In this document: positions 18,201-24,975 of the stretch, one piece after another | How the letters are laid out: every line of letters starts with the position of its first letter | Position numbering within the stretch: position 1 is the stretch's first letter | DNA from: Clostridia bacterium | GTDB lineage: Bacteria > Bacillota > Clostridia > Christensenellales > CAG-917 | Reading direction: 5' to 3' | Assembly: GCA_900763875.1 (NCBI GenBank) | Contig: CAAFLX010000038.1 | Coordinates: 18,429 to 82,428 of the forward strand | DNA: 64,000 nt | Notes under the pieces: model-generated | What the model was told of the DNA's origin: nothing | What the model saw: only the letters and a program-made list of their open reading frames with translations | Databases searched by the model: none | Program-made: the position numbers and the translations under genes

Positions 18201-18665
18201 ATCTTCAAAAGCCGCCGAACCGAAACTTTTGATTTTGCTTTGGTCATAAGATACTTTTTCCAGTGACGTACAACCCAAAAACGCGCGGCTTTCTATCTTT
18301 GAAACGGACGAGGGCAAATCGATGCTTTTCAAGGATACGCAACCGCGGAACGCGCACCATTTGATTTCGGCAAGTTTGCTGTTTTTGGCAAACTTCACTT
18401 CTTCAAGGTTGGTGCACCCATCGAATGCGCCCTCCGAAATGCTTGTAACGCTTGCAGGTATCGTTATGCTTTTGGAGTTTGGATTTTTTGGCGAAAGCAA
18501 CAAAACCGTTTTGTCTTTTGCATAATAGTTGAAATCGTCCATACCCTCAACCGTTTGCGACTGCACGGGCGGCTCGGTTGTCGACGAGGGTTTGTCGCAC
18601 GCAACAAGCGCAAGCGCAAGGGTCAAAACGGCAAGAAAAACAAGCACGTATGCAAACTTTTTCAT
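15276..18665 (-). CDS. Large BspA-type leucine-rich-repeat (LRR_5) surface lipoprotein, 1129 aa
   Basis: Has the lipobox LALVAC-D and dozens of repeats of the form IPSSVTSIGxxAFxxCxxL. The C-terminal tail is rich in Cys, Asp and His. Confidence 0.85.
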   Translation of the reverse strand: MKKFAYVLVFLAVLTLALALVACDKPSSTTEPPVQSQTVEGMDDFNYYAKDKTVLLLSPKNPNSKSITIPASVTSISEGAFDGCTNLEEVKFAKNSKLAEIKWCAFRGCVSLKSIDLPSSVSKIESRAFLGCTSLEKVSYDQSKIKSFGSAAFEDCKKLKSVVVPSSVSEVKSNDFVGCDSLSEVVLSDGVKRIGNDAFNGKSLERIVLPQTLQSIGDRAFKDNKLSGAISFPKSLTSIGNEAFLGNAFDEITILDGVTSIGKDAFVGGEKAALKTLCVPFAGLSIDNGTLEDVFSAKAVANLSKLTILSGKITKETMQNLATVTLEIGQDVRLESDFISDTAWYQNQPDGIVYLGNIACGFKGDSSRVKKLTFKEGTTRILDEAFSLNAIRPVSPISVIIPSTLTHIGENAFFGTFIASFWVSQNNPAYKSSDTCLLSYDEKSLILGSSFGIIPSGVETIESGAFSIGFNQVGADITLTIPQHVTTIKDNAFLTGIANLYFEEGSKLTTIGNNAFAQYGNTTNEKVLDLSMLESLTYIGDYAFGRFLPTDKIETVKLPKGVRSIGACAFGGGLKNIELSSENTNYTLIDNCLIKGSTVVLGASNSKIPAKYTDDKGNEIDITEIGDYAFSGLDVTGVSLPATIAKIGNSAFQESRGLASVTIPSSVTSIGKDAFSGSTLSEVVFGEDSQLTQIGENAFGKTQLTKITIPSRVATIENGAFAGVNLTEITFQTRKENDCQAYDLQNIGDTAFDKSLSLQRLVAPAGVIAKIKGSVAYVQNVEIVGEDVEAGLLADMKVPDLTIGEGVKKIGDRAFEGLQITSLTIPASVREIGVGAFWHCPIKTLVVAEGNATFIFKSNCLIDKNTHTLVAAFDNGTISKDFVWGGSDGKTKIFDVTSVGKGAFAYTQAESMTIPSNVKTIGEFAFAHSALKQVIIESGVKSIGAKAFYMAENLQTVSVADSVQSIGRSAFAHTKYYADKENENGILYIGKVAYEYRGDKSSVVDLEIKDGTVGIATHAFLRMNNLKKLTLPSSLKHIDKEAFAGCTRLKAIYFKGSDKEWDNVKRELSWDLGVAARKTYTLCKCADKAHDHDGDGVVKGDNETADVCDVFKPYGNEICDACIIKNFDR

Positions 18666-18714
18666 AATATCCTCCGATATGCCTTTTAATAAAGGTATAT
18701 TAACATAATAATAT

Positions 18715-18779
18715 GATGTATCACTTCATTTGTCAAGATGTAATACATCATTGTTGAGATGTGATACTTCATATATAAT
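18715..18779 (+). promoter_or_regulatory. Three operator-like repeats and a TATAAT box upstream of the XRE regulator gene
   Basis: The repeats are gatgtatcacttcat (18715), the palindrome gatgtaatacatc (18737) and gatgtgatacttcat (18758). tataat lies at 18774-18779. Confidence 0.5.
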
Positions 18780-18814
18780 CTAGTTTGCAACCTGCAAATT
18801 GACGGAGGCGTCTT

Positions 18815-19132
18815 ATGAAAGACGTAAATATCGTGCTTGGCGAAAGAACTCGCGCAAGACGGGCGATGCTGAAAATGACAAGGGAAAGTTTGGCGGAAAA
18901 AATCAACGTGAGTCCGCGCTTTCTTGCAGACGTCGAGGGCGGAAAAGTCGGCGTCTCGATTGAAACTCTCAAAAATTTGAGCGTCGCTTTGGGCGTTTCC
19001 TGCGACTATTTGCTTGGAATAAACGAACAAGACAATGCGTCCGAGCTTGTCAAAAACGAATTTTCAAAACTGCCGCCAAAATACGGCATTGCCGTGCTGT
19101 CGCTCATAAACGAGCTTGCAAAACTTGAATAA
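18815..19132 (+). CDS. XRE-family helix-turn-helix transcriptional regulator
   Basis: The HTH_3 segment reads RARRAMLKMTRESLAEKINVSPRFLADVEGG. Confidence 0.85.
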   Translation: MKDVNIVLGERTRARRAMLKMTRESLAEKINVSPRFLADVEGGKVGVSIETLKNLSVALGVSCDYLLGINEQDNASELVKNEFSKLPPKYGIAVLSLINELAKLE

Positions 19133-19143
19133 CAAAAACAAAA

Positions 19144-19165
19144 ACGCACCGAAAGTGCGTTTTTG
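19144..19165. terminator. Bidirectional rho-independent terminator
   Basis: The stem acgcac/gtgcgt is flanked by aaaa and ttttt. Confidence 0.75.
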
Positions 19166-19194
19166 CTTTATCTTGTGAATATTTGGCTTGGTTT

Positions 19195-19680
19195 TCAGTC
19201 TTTGTCGTCGAAGTCATAATCGTCGTCGTCTTCGTCATCGTTCTCGTCGTCATCGGCATAATCGTCGATGTCGCCAAGGTCGTCGTCAAAGTCGTCGGGG
19301 CAATGCTCCTCTTCCTCGTCCTCGAATTCCTCTTCCTCATCCTCTTGAAGTTGGTTGAGAGAAACCTCGTTTTCGTCGTCGGGCACGATAGGCTCGTCGT
19401 CTTCGACAAACTCTTGCCAATCGTCGTCGTCCTCATCGAGTTTGCTTTGAGCGGCGTTTGCTTGCTCCTCTCTGCACGCCGAACATACGTCCTCGCCGGG
19501 TTCAAGATAGTTGACCTTGCAAACGGGACATATTCTTTCTTCTTCCTCTATTTCGTCATCGTCTTCCAAAAGACAGATTTTGCTTGCTTTGCCGAGTTCC
19601 GCTTTGCAAACTTCGCACAATTCCTCTTCGACAGGAATCCAGTTCAGTTCACAGCGCGGGCATTTTTTGTACTTTCCCAT
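19195..19680 (-). CDS. Double zinc-ribbon protein with an extremely acidic (Asp/Glu) C-terminal half
   Basis: Contains CPRC..CEVC and CPVC..CSAC, followed by about 90 residues dominated by D and E. The start is the ATG at 19680, after gaggt. Confidence 0.7.
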   Translation of the reverse strand: MGKYKKCPRCELNWIPVEEELCEVCKAELGKASKICLLEDDDEIEEEERICPVCKVNYLEPGEDVCSACREEQANAAQSKLDEDDDDWQEFVEDDEPIVPDDENEVSLNQLQEDEEEEFEDEEEEHCPDDFDDDLGDIDDYADDDENDDEDDDDYDFDDKD

Positions 19681-20035
19681 AACAACCTCATCTAGGTTTT
19701 GATTCATATATTATATTGATAAGATGTGATTATGTAAACTATATTTTCATTTTTTTTGAAATTTTTTTCACAAAACCTTATCTTGTGTGAGCAAAAAATT
19801 TTTCAACAATATATTGTGTGTGAAAAAATTGGTGAAATTAATTGTTGAAAACACGACAAATTGCGCTTAAAATGGGCATTGTTAACCGAATTAATGCATT
19901 TATTTGGGAAAATCAAGCCTAATAAACAAATAAAAACATTCATCGACAAAAAATCGTGAAAACTGCGGTTTTCCCTTTGCCGACAAGATTTATAATGCAA
20001 ATTATCAAATATATTTTGTCACTTGGAGGAAAAAT

Positions 20036-20782
20036 ATGAACAAAACTATCCTAATTGCAGACGACAACGCAGCTTTATGCTCAAGTTTGAAAGACTTTCT
20101 CAACACACAAGACGGCTTCGAAGTGGTGGGTATTGCCCAAAACGGAAACGAGGCTTTGAAACTTATCGACCTCTACCGCCCCGATTTCGTGCTGCTCGAC
20201 ATTGTTATGCCCGAATTGGACGGGTTTGGCGTGCTCGCCGCTATGGAAAACAAATCGTCTATCGTCGTGATGACCTCGCAACTTGCAAGCGACGGTTTCG
20301 TGCAAAAAGCAATGCAGTACGGCGCAAGCTACTTCCTTGCAAAACCCTTTGACTACTCAACGCTGCTCAAAGTGCTTTGTGACTTCTCCACGCCGCGCCC
20401 TGCCGCACGCTCGCAAATCAACGTGCGCAAAAACAAAACCCTTGACGAACGCATCGCCAACCTGTTTATTTCCGTCGGTATCCCTGCTCATATAAAAGGC
20501 TACCAATTCCTGCGCGAGGCAATCAAAATGACAATCGAAACGCCCGAAATCATCAACTCTATCACAAAACAGCTCTACCCGGGCATAGCCCAACGCTATC
20601 AAACCTCGGCGTCCAAAGTGGAACGCGCTATCCGTCACGCAATCGAAGTTGCGTGGAACAGGGGCAAAATCGAGAATATAAACAACGTTTTCGGCATCAA
20701 AATATACGCACCCAACGAAAAACCCACCAACGGCGAATTTATCGCCCTCGTTGCAGACAAACTATTGCTCGAATGTGCCTAA
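20036..20782 (+). CDS. spo0A: Sporulation master regulator Spo0A
   Basis: The receiver domain carries DIVMPELDG. The Spo0A_C domain carries GIPAHIKGYQFLREAI and SKVERAIRHAIEVAW. Confidence 0.95.
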   Translation: MNKTILIADDNAALCSSLKDFLNTQDGFEVVGIAQNGNEALKLIDLYRPDFVLLDIVMPELDGFGVLAAMENKSSIVVMTSQLASDGFVQKAMQYGASYFLAKPFDYSTLLKVLCDFSTPRPAARSQINVRKNKTLDERIANLFISVGIPAHIKGYQFLREAIKMTIETPEIINSITKQLYPGIAQRYQTSASKVERAIRHAIEVAWNRGKIENINNVFGIKIYAPNEKPTNGEFIALVADKLLLECA

Positions 20783-20945
20783 ACAAAAATCGCCGTATTT
20801 TTACAACAATATACGTTTTTTGCATCGGCACGCTCCGCGGTCAAAAAAATCGACTTTATCGCCGCAAAATCGCGCATCTACGGCAGGCAAATACACCAAT
20901 CCTCTTTGCGCAAAAGCGCAAAAAGACTCCTTCTCTCCCAACAAA

Positions 20946-20981
20946 GGACAGGGCTACACGTCGTGTGACCCTGTCCTTTTT
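20946..20981 (+). terminator. Rho-independent terminator after spo0A
   Basis: The stem ggacaggg/ccctgtcc is followed by ttttt. Confidence 0.75.
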
Positions 20982-21066
20982 ATATAAACGCTCACGCCAA
21001 ATTCTCGCTATCTAAACCGCCGAATCCCTCGCAAAAAGAATTCAATCAAAAATTTGATAAAATCGT

Positions 21067-21095
21067 TTGACAAACATTCGGGTAAATGATATTAT
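21067..21095 (+). promoter_or_regulatory. Candidate promoter for the tRNA pair (TTGACA, 17-nt spacer, extended TG-TATTAT)
   Basis: ttgaca at 21067-21072, tg at 21087-21088 and tattat at 21090-21095. Confidence 0.6.
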
Positions 21096-21111
21096 CTTAT
21101 AGCATTCACGT

Positions 21112-21187
21112 GGGGATATAGCTCAGTTGGTAGAGCGCCTGATTTGCATTCAGGAGGTCCTCGGTTCGAATCCGTGTATCTCCACCA
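21112..21187 (+). tRNA. tRNA-Ala (anticodon UGC)
   Basis: I folded the cloverleaf by hand. It has a G3:U70 pair, the anticodon loop ttTGCat, the T-loop ttcgaat and an encoded CCA. Confidence 0.9.
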
Positions 21188-21195
21188 CTCAATAT

Positions 21196-21272
21196 TGGAT
21201 TGTAGCTCAGTAGGTTAGAGCACCACCCTGATAAGGTGGGGGTCGGTGGTTCGAGTCCACTCAATCCAACCA
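21196..21272 (+). tRNA. tRNA-Ile (anticodon GAU)
   Basis: I folded the cloverleaf by hand. The acceptor stem is tggattg/caatcca, the anticodon loop is ctGATaa, and CCA is encoded. Confidence 0.9.
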
Positions 21273-21336
21273 AAAGCACTCTCAAAAAGAGTGCTTTTTC
21301 TTTGCCTTTTCGTGTACTTTGACGATTGCATCGTCC
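21253..21336 (+). repeat. 84-bp direct repeat, copy 1 (last 20 nt of tRNA-Ile, its terminator, and 36 nt beyond)
   Basis: Identical to 21417-21500 except for one mismatch (cgtgTact versus cgtgCact). Confidence 0.95.
21275..21300 (+). terminator. Rho-independent terminator after the tRNA pair (duplicated at 21439-21464)
   Basis: The stem agcactct/agagtgct is followed by a tttt run. Confidence 0.8.
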
Positions 21337-21416
21337 ACCTGTCGATGGCAGTCGAACCACCTTTCGGTCTGCACGCTGCGCTCTTGCAAATTCCATTTGC
21401 TCGCTTGCTGTTGAGC

Positions 21417-21500
21417 GAGTCCACTCAATCCAACCAAAAGCACTCTCAAAAAGAGTGCTTTTTCTTTGCCTTTTCGTGCACTTTGACGATTGCATCGTCC
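21417..21500 (+). repeat. 84-bp direct repeat, copy 2 (orphan tRNA-Ile 3' end plus terminator)
   Basis: See 21253-21336. No tRNA body precedes this copy. Confidence 0.95.
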
Positions 21501-22063
21501 TCTGCCCAAGCAAAAATCGACGCTAAGGCAACGGCAACACGCATCTTGCGTATTGTCGAGTGCCTTGCTAGATTTTTGCTTCACTAACCGCGCAACCCCT
21601 CTTCACTCTCAAATCAAGACGGACAAAACTCATGCCGCAACTCCGTGCGTGGGCTTGCTTGGTGTTTAGCGTGCAACGCACGCAAGCGGATAAACGAACA
21701 CTCATTCAAGGCGTTCTTATACACGGAATTTGCTTATTCGGAGTGCGAGCCGCAACGGCGGCGAGAAAAGCGAACGCCGAACTTGACGGGTAGTACAAGC
21801 GACTGCGCCATTCTGTTGCGAAGCCGGCGCACAAAGCGCAGTGGCATAACAAGAGGACGATACTTATCTATGTGAGTGCTGAGTGTGTCCCCACGCGGAG
21901 CGGACGCCGTGGGTTCCCTTTTAAGGGGGAACGGCGGTGGGGGAAACACGTGAGGAAGGGGGAAATTGCATTTAAGAGTACACCCCACCCACCCCTTGTA
22001 GAGGAAGAATCTACACTTATTCGGGGCGTACTTATTAACGGAATGTGCTTATTCGGAGTGCGA
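21501..22063 (-). repeat. Inverted composite: R1 copy B (21686-22063) plus the downstream scaffold (21501-21685)
   Basis: The reverse complement aligns with 34281-34875. The R3 and R5 positions hold different sequence. Confidence 0.85.
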
Positions 22064-22099
22064 ATCGCAAAGCGGCGAGTAATTGATGCCGAGCGTTGC

Positions 22100-22972
22100 T
22101 CAAAGTCGGTGCAAAAACTCGGTGTATGCGCCCAAATACGCAAACGCAGAAAAATATGTGTCTAGGGATAGGGTTTTGTCAAGAAATAAGTCTGCATTTT
22201 CGGCATCGTGCGTGGCAAGGTAGAAAAGATGCGCGCCATAATAGAAAATGTGCTTTTGAAGTTCGTCCTCGACAGGGATATTGTCGCACGCATCAAATGC
22301 GTCACCTGCAAAAAGTTTGAGGGATTGCATATAGCCCGTGTGGTGTCCTATCTCCATATCGGGGTTGAATTTTGCCATATCCGAGGCAACGCTTTTGCCT
22401 TGACGAACGCTGCACGCAACCGTCCAATAGAGAGAGGCAACGTACATATCGCCGTCGTTTTTTGAAAGCTCCACACACTCGTCAAACAGAGTCTTTGCGT
22501 CGTCAAAATCGCCTGCATAATACCTGCAACAGCCGAGCATATACTTTGGATCGAGCACGTCGTTTGTATGCTCAACGCACCAAGAAAGCTCTCTGTCGGC
22601 ATCGGCAAGACGGAGAGTGGACAGATATCTGCCGGCGCGTTTTCTTCTTGCGCCGTAGTCGTCGGGGCGCAATTCCACCGCCTTGTCGTAGCACTCTATC
22701 GCCTCGTGATAGCGCATCTGAAAGGCGAGCGCATTGCCAAGGGCGATGAGGTTGTCAAAGCTCGCGTCCTCGCCCACCTTGACTCTTGCCGCGGCGGTTT
22801 GCTCGTCGTCGGGAATTGTGCGCGATTGCGCCCTGTCCCCCAACTCGTCATCGCGCAAAGCTCTCACGTCACTTATCAAATGAGTGTGGCTGTGAGAGTG
22901 CGTGTGGGTGTGACTATGGGTGTGCGTATGCCCGTCGGTATGGGTGTGTGCGTGGGTGTGAGTAGAACTCAT
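22100..22972 (-). CDS. TPR-repeat protein with an N-terminal (His-Thr/Ser)n tract
   Basis: The N-terminus reads MSSTHTHAHTHTDGHTHTHSHTHTHSHSHTH, followed by TPR-like helices. It is the last gene of the ABC importer operon. Confidence 0.75.
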   Translation of the reverse strand: MSSTHTHAHTHTDGHTHTHSHTHTHSHSHTHLISDVRALRDDELGDRAQSRTIPDDEQTAAARVKVGEDASFDNLIALGNALAFQMRYHEAIECYDKAVELRPDDYGARRKRAGRYLSTLRLADADRELSWCVEHTNDVLDPKYMLGCCRYYAGDFDDAKTLFDECVELSKNDGDMYVASLYWTVACSVRQGKSVASDMAKFNPDMEIGHHTGYMQSLKLFAGDAFDACDNIPVEDELQKHIFYYGAHLFYLATHDAENADLFLDKTLSLDTYFSAFAYLGAYTEFLHRL

Positions 22973-23012
22973 AATTTTCTCCTTGTGACCGAAACGGCAC
23001 TTTATCTGTACG

Positions 23013-23876
23013 TTAATCGCGGTTTATCGTTGCGGTTTGCACGATAACACGGCGAAATTCGATGAATTGCTGAATCATATAAAAGCTGATTTGTATGAGC
23101 ATTATGCAGATGCCGGGCGCAAAAAGCCAGTTGTATTTGGCAAGGCTGATGCCGCCGTAGGTGTAGGCATAATTTACCATAACGCCCCAGGTTTCTTGTT
23201 CAAGACTGCCCATGCCGAGGAAACTCAACGTTGCCTCAACCATAATGCAGCTTGCAACGGAGGGAATAAATTTTGCCGCCGCAACGTCAAGCACGTTGGG
23301 CAAAACGTGGCGGAAAAGTATGCGGCAGGGGCTGTATCCGAGCGTTTTGAGCGAGCGCACGAAATCGGAATTTTTGACGCTCATGGTTTTGGCGCGCACC
23401 GCTCTTGCGGTCGAGCACCAGCAAAGCAAGGATATTGTCAAAATGATGCTCATCGAATCGCCCTTTGTGTAGGTGGCAATGACAATCGCCATGGGAAGCA
23501 TGGGTATGAGCAAGAAAAAGTTGATGATTCCGTTGACAGCCTCGCCTGCAACCTTGCCGGCATAGCCTGCTATGACGCCTACCACGACGCCTATAATCAC
23601 GCATACGAGCGCGCTCGTCACCCCCACAACCAGCGTAGGTCTTGTGGCGATGATGATTTGCGACCATATGTCGTAGCCGATGTTGTTTGTGCCAAGCAGA
23701 TGCTCTTTTGAGCAGGGCAAGAATTTTTCAAAAACTTCATTTGTGCCGTACGGCGCGATTTTCTCGCCGAATATGGCAAATATCGCAAACACGAGCAAAA
23801 TTGCAATGCCCACAACAAACGCAACCGTCGAGAGCGTTCTTCTCGTTTTGTAGCCGATGTGCAAAGCAGGTTTCAT
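23013..23876 (-). CDS. ABC transporter permease (OppC/DppC/NikC family)
   Basis: BPD_transp_1 type with six TM segments. Its start overlaps the upstream permease gene by 4 nt. Confidence 0.9.
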   Translation of the reverse strand: MKPALHIGYKTRRTLSTVAFVVGIAILLVFAIFAIFGEKIAPYGTNEVFEKFLPCSKEHLLGTNNIGYDIWSQIIIATRPTLVVGVTSALVCVIIGVVVGVIAGYAGKVAGEAVNGIINFFLLIPMLPMAIVIATYTKGDSMSIILTISLLCWCSTARAVRAKTMSVKNSDFVRSLKTLGYSPCRILFRHVLPNVLDVAAAKFIPSVASCIMVEATLSFLGMGSLEQETWGVMVNYAYTYGGISLAKYNWLFAPGICIMLIQISFYMIQQFIEFRRVIVQTATINRD

Positions 23877-24832
23877 CCTCTCCTCCTTTGCGACGGGTCG
23901 TCAATGGTGCTTATTGCGTCTGCTATAAAGTTTGAAATTATCACGCTGAGCGCAATCACAAGCAATGCGCCTTGCAGCACGGGAAAGTCCTTGTTGTTGA
24001 TCGCCTCGTTGACGAGCATACCCACACCGTCGATTGAGAAAATCTTTTCGATGACGATCGAGCCTGCAATCATATGTCCGAAACTCGTGCCGAGCATAGA
24101 TATAAACGGCGCGGAAATGTTTGGGAAGATATGCGTGTTGCGTATTCTCGCCCCTTGAAGTCCCTTTGCGCGAGCATACACGACGTATCTGTTTTCGCAA
24201 ACGCTTGCCGCTTGGTTGCGAACGAGAAGATATTTTTTTGGCGTTGATACGAGCGTGAGTGTGAACACAGGCAAAATGAGGTGCAAAAGCCTGTCGCCAA
24301 AGCCGCTTTTGCCAATGGAATTGAGTGCTCCCGATGGCAAAATATGCCACTTGAACGCAAAAAGTATCAACAACATAATTGCCATAAGAAAGTTGGGGAT
24401 TGCGTCGACAAGCACCATTGCCGAGCTTAACCCGACGTCGGTGAATTGCGATTTTTTAGAGCCTGCCAAAAGCCCCAACCAATATGCCAAAAGCGCGGAA
24501 AAGAGCCACGCCGGAAGTGCTATTTGAATTGTGCGAGTGATTTTTTCGCCGATTACGCCGCCCACGTCGCATCCAAGGTGGTAGGAATATCCCCACTCCC
24601 CTTTGAACAAGTTTTTTACGTATAGCCCGAACTGCTCGCCAAGCGGCTTGTCAAGCCCCATTTTTGAATACAATTCGTCATACTCCTCTTGCGTCATAAC
24701 GGTGTCGTCAGAGCCGATGAGGTTGTCAAGAGGGTCGCCGGGCATAAGACGGGGCAAGAAAAAATTGAACACGAAAATTGCGACCAACGCCACAATGGAA
24801 AATATTGCGTTTTTTGCGAATTTTCTTGCCAT
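23873..24832 (-). CDS. ABC transporter permease (OppB/DppB/NikB family)
   Basis: Typical N-terminus with FLPRLMPGDPL, and an EAA-like loop. Confidence 0.9.
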   Translation of the reverse strand: MARKFAKNAIFSIVALVAIFVFNFFLPRLMPGDPLDNLIGSDDTVMTQEEYDELYSKMGLDKPLGEQFGLYVKNLFKGEWGYSYHLGCDVGGVIGEKITRTIQIALPAWLFSALLAYWLGLLAGSKKSQFTDVGLSSAMVLVDAIPNFLMAIMLLILFAFKWHILPSGALNSIGKSGFGDRLLHLILPVFTLTLVSTPKKYLLVRNQAASVCENRYVVYARAKGLQGARIRNTHIFPNISAPFISMLGTSFGHMIAGSIVIEKIFSIDGVGMLVNEAINNKDFPVLQGALLVIALSVIISNFIADAISTIDDPSQRRRG

Positions 24833-24975
24833 TTTGCCCTTTGTTTTTTTGAATAATATTGTTTTTTGGGGCGGACTGCTTACGCCGCCCCTTGTGATTT
24901 TGTTGCTTTTATCGTTTTATCGAGCCGTCGAAAAGGCGGCTCGATAAAAAGTGAGTATTACGCTTTGCGCGCGAC

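Noticed and set aside
21253-22063. A prophage or genomic island integrated at tRNA-Ile.
   Set aside because: Only 80 bp separate the two att-like repeats, and the following ~560 bp is repeat mosaic. There are no integrase, excisionase or phage ORFs. I report it as a possible scar, not as a mobile element.
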